Shown: positions 56,151-64,000 of the stretch, piece by piece
Layout: every line of letters starts with the position of its first letter
Position numbering within the stretch: the stretch's first letter is position 1
NCBI GenBank assembly: GCA_963785725.1
Contig: CAWAWS010000006.1
Coordinates: 256,001-320,000 of the forward strand
DNA length: 64,000 nt
Reading direction: 5' to 3'
DNA from: an uncultured delta proteobacterium
Lineage (GTDB): Bacteria > Myxococcota_A > Polyangia > Palsa-1104
Program-made: the position numbers and the translations under genes
The notes under the pieces: generated by a model
Seen by the model: only the letters and a program-made list of their open reading frames with translations
What the model was told of the DNA's origin: nothing
Databases searched by the model: none

Positions 56151-58454
56151 ATGTCCGACTCGGGTAAAGAGCACACCGGCGAGCTCGACTTCTCCGACGG
56201 CGAATTGGCCGAGATGGGGGTCGAGATCATCGGCCGTGACGCGGCGCCGCAGCCGCGCCGATCGCGTTCGATGCTGCGTATTCCCGTCGACGAGGTGCCG
56301 CGCCCGCAGCCGGAAGCGGCGCGCACGGGCTCGACCGAGCCGTCGATGCCGTCGTTCGGTCACGAAGGCGACGCCGCCGACGAAGTGGTCGACCACGCGT
56401 TCCGCAACGGCGGCGAAGCCGAAGGCATCGTCCCGGCGGCGCTGCGGCTGTTGGCCGCGCCGCTCAAGGACGAGCTGGAGGCGTTCTCGGCGCAGCTGTT
56501 CGCCGAGCGGGATCGGGTGCTCGAGCGCCATCGCGGCGCCGAGGTCGAAGAGGTCGAGGCCGAGCCCGACGACGACACCGATCCGAAGGCGCTGGCCGCG
56601 CTGCGCGCCGAGGAAGCGGCGCGGGCGCGCGTGCCGACGCCGATGGCGACGCCGGCGATGGCGACCGCGGCGCCGACGTCTCCTATCTCGGTGCCGTCGC
56701 CCGCGCCGGTCGCGCCGACGGCGATGGCGCCGATGCTCGACGAGGGCGCGGGCGCCATTCCGCAGCCGGTCGACGACGCGCCGACGCGCGAGCTGGCGAT
56801 GTCGATCCCGTTCAACGCCACGCCGCCGACGGGCATCTCGACGCGACCGATGAGCCCGGCGCTGGCGGCGTTGGCGCGCGCGGTCGCGGCGCCGCCCGAG
56901 CGCAAGGGCGACTGGCTGTCGCCGGCGCAGGCGACGGCCGAGCCGGCTTCGGTCGATACGCGCGTGGCCGCCGTGGCCGCCGCCTTCATCGAGCCCGAGA
57001 TTGACGAAGCCGATGACGAGATGGAGCTCGACGGCGCCGAGCTCGAGGATGTCGAGCAGCTGACGCCGCCGCCGAGGCCGCGAGCCCGGACGATGACTCC
57101 GGTCACGCCCGTATCCGCCGACGACGTAGAAGGCGTGACCGCGGCGCTGCTGGCCGTGACCACGGCCGCCGCCGCTGCTGCCAACCCGTCGGCGACGGCT
57201 TCGACGCCGTTGCCGTCGATGACGCCGACGCGGACGGCTTCGTTGACGCCGGCGCCACCGATGGCGCGCACGGCGCCGGCGATGCCGGCCGCGCGCTCGA
57301 CGCCGCCTGCCGGTCAGCCGGCCCAGCCGTCGGCGGTCAACGGCAACGGCAACGGCAACGGCGCCGCCAACGGGTCGACCACGCACGCCGCGCCTGCCTC
57401 GCCGGCGCACGCCGCGCCTTCGACGGCCGCGTCACCGCCGACGCAGGCGCCGCACGCGCCGCCGCCGACGCCGAGCGCCGCCGCGCACGCCGTCCCGCCG
57501 GCCGCGTCCACGCCGGCTGCGACCGTGCCGCCGCCGATGCCCGCCGCGCCGCCGCCGATGCCGGCTGCGTCCGCGCAGCCGCACCCGCCGGCGCAAGCGC
57601 ATCCGCCGGCCATGCCGGCACCGGCCGCGATCGCGCCCGCCGCCGCCGCGCCTGCCGCGCAGCAGGCCGACGCGCCGCTCCGTCCGCGCCGTAAACGTCG
57701 CGCCAAGCAGTGGTTCGAAGAGATCTTCGACGACGATTACCTGCGCACGCTGCCGTTTCTGACGCCGCGGCAGACCGAACGGGAAGCGCAGTTCATCCAC
57801 GAGTCGCTGCAACTGCCCGCGGGCGCTGCCATTCTCGATTTGGCCTGCGGTTACGGCCGACACGCGATGGAGCTCGCGGCCAAGAGCTACAAAGTCACCG
57901 GTCTCGACCTGTCGCTGCCGCTCTTGATTCGCGCCGCCGACGCCGCGCGCCGCGTCGGCGTCAACGTCAACTTCATCCACGGCGACATGCGCGAGATGAC
58001 GTTCGAGGACGAGTTCGACGCCGCCTGCTGCATGTTCACGTCGTTCGGCTACTTCGACGACGACACCAACCGCAAAGTGGCCGCGAACCTGGCGCGCGCC
58101 ATCAAGCCGGGCGGCAAGCTGCTGATCGAAGTCGTGAATCGCGATTATCTCTGTCGCGACCTGCCGACGCGCGTCTGGTGGCAGGGCGATGGCTGTGTCG
58201 TGCTCGAAGAGGTCGACTTCAATTACTTTTCGTCGCGCCTACAAGTGCAGCGATCGATCATCTTCGAGGACGGCCGGCAGCTCGAGCAGGAGATCTCGAT
58301 CCGCGCCTATTCTCTGCATGAAATCGGCAAGGTACTGCATCACTCGGGGTTCCGCGTCACCGAGGTTTCGGGCGGGCTCACGCTGCGCGGCAAGTTCTTC
58401 GGTGCCAACTCTCGCCAGCTAATCGTAGTGGCAGAGAAGAAACTCACACCTTAG
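56151..58454 (+). CDS. Class I SAM-dependent methyltransferase with long Pro/Ala-rich N-terminal extension
   Basis: LDLACGYGRH, GLDLS, GDMRE, FTSFGYF in the last ~250 aa. Confidence 0.85.
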   Translation: MSDSGKEHTGELDFSDGELAEMGVEIIGRDAAPQPRRSRSMLRIPVDEVPRPQPEAARTGSTEPSMPSFGHEGDAADEVVDHAFRNGGEAEGIVPAALRLLAAPLKDELEAFSAQLFAERDRVLERHRGAEVEEVEAEPDDDTDPKALAALRAEEAARARVPTPMATPAMATAAPTSPISVPSPAPVAPTAMAPMLDEGAGAIPQPVDDAPTRELAMSIPFNATPPTGISTRPMSPALAALARAVAAPPERKGDWLSPAQATAEPASVDTRVAAVAAAFIEPEIDEADDEMELDGAELEDVEQLTPPPRPRARTMTPVTPVSADDVEGVTAALLAVTTAAAAAANPSATASTPLPSMTPTRTASLTPAPPMARTAPAMPAARSTPPAGQPAQPSAVNGNGNGNGAANGSTTHAAPASPAHAAPSTAASPPTQAPHAPPPTPSAAAHAVPPAASTPAATVPPPMPAAPPPMPAASAQPHPPAQAHPPAMPAPAAIAPAAAAPAAQQADAPLRPRRKRRAKQWFEEIFDDDYLRTLPFLTPRQTEREAQFIHESLQLPAGAAILDLACGYGRHAMELAAKSYKVTGLDLSLPLLIRAADAARRVGVNVNFIHGDMREMTFEDEFDAACCMFTSFGYFDDDTNRKVAANLARAIKPGGKLLIEVVNRDYLCRDLPTRVWWQGDGCVVLEEVDFNYFSSRLQVQRSIIFEDGRQLEQEISIRAYSLHEIGKVLHHSGFRVTEVSGGLTLRGKFFGANSRQLIVVAEKKLTP

Positions 58455-58650
58455 ATCCTTCGTCGAACCAACGCTATCGACTGCTGAAGTGTCCAAACAG
58501 CATGTGTGCGCAGCCGGCACATATGCGCATTCAGCGCGCGTTACGGCCGATCTCGGCCTTGCGCCGTCGACGGTGCGTCTTACTTTTTGAGTCTGGCAGT
58601 GCAACCGAGGAGTGAATCGGTTCGTACCGTCAGTATTACGAACGTATGCC

Positions 58651-60129
58651 ATGCCTACGAAAAAAAGAAAGGTCAAAAGGCCCCCGATGAAGACCGCCGC
58701 CCGCCTGCAGCGTGAAGAGCGTCCCCGGTTCGCCGCCCGCCCCCAGAAGGCGAAGGCTTCGGCGCAGGCCGACGTCGTCGACGCGTCCGCGGAGAGCAGT
58801 AAGGGGCGCAAATCGAAGATGACGACCGTGCCCGACGTCGAAGACGCGGGCAACGACGCGGCGGTCGCGGAGCTGGAGGCGGTCATCGGCCAGGGCGACG
58901 ACGGCGATGACGAAGAGCCGGCCGAGAAGCGCGAAGCCGAGGAGCCGTCCAACTTCCTCGCCATGTACTTCAAGGACATGGCGCGGCTGGCCGTCTTGCG
59001 TCCGCAGGAGGAGTTCGAGTCGGCGCGCAAGCTGGAGTCGCTCGAGATCGCGCTCTGGGTGCGCGTGTTGACCTACGCGCCGGTGACCGAGCACGCGCTC
59101 AAGGTCTGTGAGCGGACGCTCGAGAATTCGCTGCCGGACTTCAAAGTCATTCGCAAGCACTTGGGCGCGCTCAAGAAGCGGCATCCGAAGTCGGAGCAGG
59201 AGAAGTTCGAGCGCGTCGTGGTCAAGACGGCCGAGAAGGTGCGCGCGCTCGATACCGACAAGCGCATCCTCGACATCGTGCTCGACGAGATCGACAAGAT
59301 CGTCAGCGGCCGGCCCGGTCGCGTCATCGACGACGTGGTCGACCTCGAGCCGCACGGCAAAGAGTTCAAGCGCTTCATGAGCGACGTCGGCACGGCGTAC
59401 GCGCGGGCGCAGCGGGCGAAGAACGAGTTCGTGAAGGCGAACTTGCGGCTCGTCGTCTCGATCGCGCGCCGCTTCAACTACGGTCGCATGCCGCTCGCCG
59501 ACCTGATCCAGGAAGGCAACATCGGGCTCATCAAGGCCGTCGAGCGCTACGACTATCGGCGCGGCTATCGCTTCTCGACGTACGCGTCGTGGTGGATTCG
59601 TCATGCGATCTCGCGCGCGCTCGCCGACAAAGGCCGCGCGGTGCGACTGCCGGTGCACATGATCGACGCCTACCATCGCGTCGCCAAGTCCAAGCGCGAG
59701 CTGTCGGCGAAGCTCGGCCGTCAGCCGACGAGCGAGGAGATCGCGGTGGCGACGGGGATCGCGGCGCCGAAGATCGAGAAGATGCGCACGTTCTTGCTCG
59801 ATCAGTCGTTCTCGCTCGATCGCACGGTGTCGGATGAGGATGGGCGCAAGTTCATCGACTTCATCCAGGATCCGAACGCCGAGAATCGCACGACCACCGA
59901 CGACATGGTCGACGACGCGATGCAGACCGAGGTGCGCTCGCAGCTGGAGCATCTGAAGCCGATCGAGGCCGATATTTTGCGGCAGCGCTTCGGGCTCGAC
60001 ACCGATCACGAGCTGACGCTCAAGGAGATCGGCGAGAAGTACAATCTGTCGCGGGAGCGGATTCGGCAGCTACAGGAGCAGGCGCTGACGAAGATGCGGC
60101 GCGCGCTGCAGCGTAAAGATCTGATGTAA
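58651..60129 (+). CDS. RpoD/SigA-family (group 2-like) RNA polymerase sigma factor
   Basis: [42 protein letters not shown]...SRERIRQ; no recognisable region 1.1. Confidence 0.9.
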   Translation: MPTKKRKVKRPPMKTAARLQREERPRFAARPQKAKASAQADVVDASAESSKGRKSKMTTVPDVEDAGNDAAVAELEAVIGQGDDGDDEEPAEKREAEEPSNFLAMYFKDMARLAVLRPQEEFESARKLESLEIALWVRVLTYAPVTEHALKVCERTLENSLPDFKVIRKHLGALKKRHPKSEQEKFERVVVKTAEKVRALDTDKRILDIVLDEIDKIVSGRPGRVIDDVVDLEPHGKEFKRFMSDVGTAYARAQRAKNEFVKANLRLVVSIARRFNYGRMPLADLIQEGNIGLIKAVERYDYRRGYRFSTYASWWIRHAISRALADKGRAVRLPVHMIDAYHRVAKSKRELSAKLGRQPTSEEIAVATGIAAPKIEKMRTFLLDQSFSLDRTVSDEDGRKFIDFIQDPNAENRTTTDDMVDDAMQTEVRSQLEHLKPIEADILRQRFGLDTDHELTLKEIGEKYNLSRERIRQLQEQALTKMRRALQRKDLM

Positions 60130-60142
60130 TCGAGCGGCCGCC

Positions 60143-60170
60143 GCGCGCGGATGGAGCGCCATCCGCGCGC
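60143..60170. terminator. GC-rich hairpin between convergent genes
   Basis: Perfect 12-bp stem GCGCGCGGATGG-agcg-CCATCCGCGCGC. Confidence 0.6.
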
Positions 60171-60177
60171 CGGCTGT

Positions 60178-60822
60178 TTACGTGGTCGGCGGCGGCGGCG
60201 GCGCGTAGGCCGGCTGCGAATACGACTGCTGCTTCGTGAAGTAGAACGTCCCCACGATCGCGCCGTAGAACGAGGTCGTTCCGCTGCCGTGGGTTCCGGC
60301 CGGATCGATGAACAGGCCGCTCAAGCCGCCCTCGACGCCGAACGCGAAGTTTGGGTGCGGCGAGTAGCGCGCGCCGAGCGCGAAGTCGTAGCCGAGCGCG
60401 AACAGGTTCAAGTCGTTGCCGGGCGTGCTGTTGATCTGCGCGCCGATCGGCAGCGCGACCTTGCCGTACAGCGCGGCTTTGTTGTCGCGCGACTTGAAGA
60501 TGTCGAGCGTGACCGACGGGATGACCGTGAACGACGTCTGCGAGTTCGAGCCGACCGCGTTACCGGCGGCGTCGACGCCGGCGGGCGCGGCCGTGCGGAA
60601 CAGGCCAATGCCGAGGCTGATCTGCAGCCGATCGATCAAGCGCACGCCGACCGACAAAGACGGGACGATGATGACGCTGGAGCCGCCGGCCACGCCGACG
60701 CCGGCGCCGAGGCGCGTATCGATGACGAGCGTCGGCGCCGTCGGCATTTGCGCGTGGGCGAGCGAGGGCGCGAGCGACAGCGCGAAGGCCAGAGCGAAGA
60801 CCAATCTGGAACGAAGCTTCAT
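60178..60822 (-). CDS. Outer-membrane beta-barrel-like protein
   Basis: AGGAG RBS, signal peptide, alternating beta-strands ending GTFYF, then a Pro-rich tail. Confidence 0.7.
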   Translation of the reverse strand: MKLRSRLVFALAFALSLAPSLAHAQMPTAPTLVIDTRLGAGVGVAGGSSVIIVPSLSVGVRLIDRLQISLGIGLFRTAAPAGVDAAGNAVGSNSQTSFTVIPSVTLDIFKSRDNKAALYGKVALPIGAQINSTPGNDLNLFALGYDFALGARYSPHPNFAFGVEGGLSGLFIDPAGTHGSGTTSFYGAIVGTFYFTKQQSYSQPAYAPPPPPTT

Positions 60823-60895
60823 GTATTCTCCTGTGAGTAATCCTGCGCGGCTTATATGACGTCTGGCCGCCGTCAGCAAGCCCGCGCCCGGATGC

Positions 60896-61309
60896 TCAGC
60901 GGGGGAAGCGCAGCGTCGCCGCGCCGTCGAGCGTGACGGTACCGTCGGCCTTGCGCGCGTAGAGCTTGAGCTCGACGGTCCGGTCCTCGTCGCTGCGCGC
61001 GGTGACCTCGCCGCCGACGGTGATGCGATCGCCGGGCAGCGTCACGGCTTTGAAGCGCGTCGACAGCCGCGCGATCGTGGTCGCGCCCGCCCAGCCGCCG
61101 ACCAGCTGGCCGAAGAACGCCATCGACAGCATGCCGTGCGCGATGACCGACGGAAAGCCGCCCTCTTTGGCGAACGGCTCGTCGTAGTGGATGCGGTTGA
61201 AGTCGCCCGACGCGCCGGCGTACTGCACGAGCTGCGTCGTCGTGATCGGCGGCTTTTCCAGCGGCGGCAGCGTGTCGCCGACGCGAATGTCGTCGAAACG
61301 CAGGGTCAT
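60896..61309 (-). CDS. MaoC-like (HadB-type) dehydratase
   Basis: YAGASGDFNRIH...AHGM hydratase-2 motif. Confidence 0.9.
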   Translation of the reverse strand: MTLRFDDIRVGDTLPPLEKPPITTTQLVQYAGASGDFNRIHYDEPFAKEGGFPSVIAHGMLSMAFFGQLVGGWAGATTIARLSTRFKAVTLPGDRITVGGEVTARSDEDRTVELKLYARKADGTVTLDGAATLRFPR

Positions 61310-61755
61310 CGGCGCACCAAGATCGTCGCGCGCGCGGTGAAGACGCGATTGCCGTCGCCGTCGTGCGCCGTCGTCTCCAGGATCATGACGTCCATCACGC
61401 CGCCTTTGGTCTGCTTGACGTCGGCGGCGGCGATGCGCGCGACGAGCGTCAGCCGATCGCCGGCATAAACGGGCCGCGCGAAGTCGTACTCCTGCTCGCC
61501 GTGCAAGAGCTTGCGCCAGTCGAGCTCGATGCCGACGCGCGGATCGGGCGGGCGCAGCGCCGTGGCGAACGTCGGCGGGGCCGGAATGCGCGGATGGCCC
61601 GCGGCTTTCGCGGCTGCCTCATCGACGTAGATGGGATTGTCGTCGCCGACGGCCTCGACGAAGCGGCGGATGTGGCCGCGCTCGACGTCGAGCGTCAGCG
61701 CTGCTGCTTGACGGCCGACATAAGGGGCGAAGCGCGGCTCGTTTGCGGCATCCAC
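61306..61755 (-). CDS. MaoC N-terminal-type (HadA-type) dehydratase partner
   Basis: VERGHIRRF, DDNPIY, APPTF, LLHGEQ; ATGA overlap with the next gene; TTGACG-17-GATGCT 6 nt upstream. Confidence 0.88.
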   Translation of the reverse strand: MDAANEPRFAPYVGRQAAALTLDVERGHIRRFVEAVGDDNPIYVDEAAAKAAGHPRIPAPPTFATALRPPDPRVGIELDWRKLLHGEQEYDFARPVYAGDRLTLVARIAAADVKQTKGGVMDVMILETTAHDGDGNRVFTARATILVRR

Positions 61756-61983
61756 GCCGCGAGCATCCGGCTAGCGTCGTTTGTCGTCAAGCAGATCGAG
61801 CGCACGGACGCTGACGAAGCGCGCGGCGCCCGCCGCGACCAGCGTCGCCAAGATCAGAATTGCAGTTGCCATATAGGTGTGACGAGGCGCGGCGTCTTTT
61901 ATTCCCTCGCGTGCCGACAAATCGCTCCGGGATTGCTCCGCGCCCCGCCGCGCGGTACGTTGCCCGGCGATAGGAGGTTCTGA

Positions 61984-62406
61984 ATGCGACGTATGCAGAT
62001 GTGGGGCGCGGCGGCGATGTTGTTGGTGGGCTTGGCCGGCTGCTCCAACGAGCTCAAGGTGTCGTCGGTCGAGCCGGCGCAGGGCACGTTCAACGGCGGC
62101 GAAGAAGTGGTCATCCACGGCAACGGCTTTCAGCCCGGCCGCGGCGGCGTCACCGTCAAGTTCGGCGGCAAAGAGGCGACGGCGGTCGTCGTCGCGGCGC
62201 CCGACAAGATCAGCGTCACGACGCCGGGCGGCGACCCCAACACCACGATCGACGTCACCGTCATCTTCGACGATGGCAAGGCGTTCAAGGTGGCCAACGG
62301 CTTCCATTACATGGCGCAGGTGCAGAACCGCGGCACGCTCGACAAAGCGTTCAATCAGCTGGGCAAGGACAACCCGCCCGGCACTCCGCCCGCCAAGACT
62401 CCGTAA
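61984..62406 (+). CDS. IPT/TIG domain lipoprotein
   Basis: AGGAGG RBS, lipobox LAG-C, VEPAQG..GGEEVVIHGNGF, VKFGG. Confidence 0.85.
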   Translation: MRRMQMWGAAAMLLVGLAGCSNELKVSSVEPAQGTFNGGEEVVIHGNGFQPGRGGVTVKFGGKEATAVVVAAPDKISVTTPGGDPNTTIDVTVIFDDGKAFKVANGFHYMAQVQNRGTLDKAFNQLGKDNPPGTPPAKTP

Positions 62407-62412
62407 CTTCCG

Positions 62413-62532
62413 ACTGACGCAGCTCCGGAGGCAGCTTCGCGCGCACGCCCACAGCGACCGAGGGAGCGGGCTCTGGCCCGTGACCGAGGAGGCGAGGACG
62501 TACGCGCGAAGATGACCTGGAGCTGCGTCAGT
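62413..62532. repeat. 120-bp multi-stem palindromic element between convergent genes
   Basis: Perfect 14-bp outer inverted repeat, 12/13 inner inverted repeat, central CGGGC/GCCCG hairpin. Confidence 0.7.
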
Positions 62533-63556
62533 AGCTGATGCGGAAGAGCTGCTGGCCCATGAGGACGTAGGCGCCGCTCTTGACGGCGCGCTCGCCGCGG
62601 ATGCGTACGAACGTGCCGTTGGAGCTGTTGAGATCGGCGAGCCAGAACTTGCCGTCGCGCATCGAGACGCGCGCGTGCTGGCCGGAGACGTAGCCGTCCT
62701 CGGGGAATAGGATGTCACCGCGCTCGCGGCCGAGGGTGACGGCGTCGCCGAACATGGGGAACGCCGAGCCGTCTTGGTCGCGGCCGACGATGAGCGCCAA
62801 GCGGCCCCAATAGCCGGGGTTGGGCGAGCCCATGACGTCGGTGCCGTCGTCGAGCGGAACCGGCGCCGAGATCTCGTCGAAGCGCAAGAGCTCTTGGCCG
62901 ATGCGGAAGACGTCGCCGTCGGCGAGCTCCTGCTCGTCGTCGAGCTTGACGAAGATGCCGTTGAGCGAGCCGGTGTCGCGCACGACCAAGCCGGCGGCGT
63001 TCAGAATCAGCTCGGCGTGGCGCGGCGAGAGGTAGCCGTCGGCGTCGAAGAGCGTGCCGTGGCCGCGGCCGATGACGTTCTCGCCGTCGACGAGCGGGTG
63101 CGTGCCGCCTTCGGTGCCGTCGGGGCGAACGAGGACGAGGCGGCCAATCGTCGAGCTGCCGCTGGCTTTGTTGTTGCTGCCGGTGGTGACGCCGACTTCG
63201 CCGTCGAGGCGGCTGCCGCACTGCGCGCAGAAGCTGAATTCGCCGGCCACCAAGTTGCCGCAGGTCGAGCACATGCGCGACGCGGAGACGGGCGTGGCCT
63301 CGTCGATGCCGACGACCTCGGGCAGCGGCTTCAGATGCGCCAGCGAGTCGCGGCGATCGCGCAGCGCGTAGTCGTCCTCGTCGGCGCTCGACTCGGCGTG
63401 CGGATGCGGCGCCGCTTTGGCGGTCGCGCCGCGCTCGAGCTGCGCGGTGCCGCCGGCGTCGACGGTAAGCTCGCCCAGCTCGGCGCCGCAGCCGAGACAG
63501 AACTTGTACAGCGCCTGGTTCTCACGACCGCAGGCTTTGCAGACGGACGACGACAT
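62528..63556 (-). CDS. Zinc-ribbon plus tandem FHA domain protein
   Basis: Two CxxC...FCxxCG ribbons; two FHA domains with GR, SxxH and S.NG. Confidence 0.88.
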   Translation of the reverse strand: MSSSVCKACGRENQALYKFCLGCGAELGELTVDAGGTAQLERGATAKAAPHPHAESSADEDDYALRDRRDSLAHLKPLPEVVGIDEATPVSASRMCSTCGNLVAGEFSFCAQCGSRLDGEVGVTTGSNNKASGSSTIGRLVLVRPDGTEGGTHPLVDGENVIGRGHGTLFDADGYLSPRHAELILNAAGLVVRDTGSLNGIFVKLDDEQELADGDVFRIGQELLRFDEISAPVPLDDGTDVMGSPNPGYWGRLALIVGRDQDGSAFPMFGDAVTLGRERGDILFPEDGYVSGQHARVSMRDGKFWLADLNSSNGTFVRIRGERAVKSGAYVLMGQQLFRISY

Positions 63557-64000
63557 CAGGTGATCTCCACGCGAAGCAGCTGCTGGCCGACGAAGACGTA
63601 ATCGCCGTGGAAGAGCGGCGACTCGCCCGAGACGCGCACGAAGGTGCCGTTCTTGCTGCCGAGGTCGGCGACTTGGAACTGCGTGCCGCTCGGGCCGTCG
63701 ATGGCGGTGACGGTGGCGTGGCGGCCGGAGATGAACGGATCGTCGGGGAAGTTCACGTCGTTGGCTTCGCGACCGATGGTCAAGGAGTCGTTGCGCGCGC
63801 GGAAGACCATGCCTTCGTGGCCGCCGGCGAGCAGCTGCGTGAGCGCGAGGCGCGACGGACGCTTGGGCGAGCCGTAAAAATAGGTGCCTTCGCTGTCGGG
63901 CACGGGCACTTCGTCGGGCGCGCAGGCTTCGACGCGCAAGAGCTGCTCACCGACGAGAAACGTCGAGCCGGTGGCGACCGTGATGGGCTTGATGATGCGC
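63556..64000 (-). CDS. FHA domain protein (5' end outside the window)
   Basis: IGRE, ISGRHA, DLGSKNGTF; the frame stays open to the window edge. Confidence 0.85.
   Translation of the reverse strand, partial: RIIKPITVATGSTFLVGEQLLRVEACAPDEVPVPDSEGTYFYGSPKRPSRLALTQLLAGGHEGMVFRARNDSLTIGREANDVNFPDDPFISGRHATVTAIDGPSGTQFQVADLGSKNGTFVRVSGESPLFHGDYVFVGQQLLRVEIT

Noticed and set aside
58651..60129. Primary rpoD
   Set aside because: There is no recognisable region 1.1 or dnaG context, and region 2.4 differs ([12 protein letters not shown]), so I left it as a group 2-like sigma factor.

Overview
This is a high-GC bacterial chromosome segment, most consistent with Myxococcota. The support is three Hanks kinases with HxD(I/V)(S/T)PxN loops, PEGA/TPR/FHA/MshEN proteins, many lipoproteins and a [19 protein letters not shown]-loop. 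It holds about 57 genes. Housekeeping genes: hisS, prmC, glgC, clpX, pdxA, uvrA, coaE, engB, rimI, pyrK-pyrD, glnB-glnA, psd and a sigma-70 factor. The rest are signalling and envelope genes. I found no tRNA, rRNA, CRISPR array, transposase or phage gene. Single-base indels break hisS, prmC, the GH57 gene, clpX, uvrA, amrS and, heavily, glnA; these look like long-read consensus errors. Main signals: (1) an orphan OmpR-family regulator with actinobacterial GlnR hallmarks, plus a GlnR-box-like TTTAC-n6-GAAAC-n6-GAAAC array directly upstream of glnB-glnA and no sigma54 promoter, suggesting GlnR-type nitrogen control outside Actinobacteria; (2) pervasive leaderless-transcription signals, with a -10 box 6-8 nt before the start codon; (3) two kinase/lipoprotein/TPR-PEGA modules; (4) a divergent pair of non-canonical RNA polymerase secondary-channel factors; (5) a CpxP/Spy-like gene with a GTAAA-N5-GTAAA box; (6) a RoxA/MauG-like di-heme lipoprotein behind a perfect 18-bp AT-rich palindrome. 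All family calls come from reading motifs by eye; no database searches were run.
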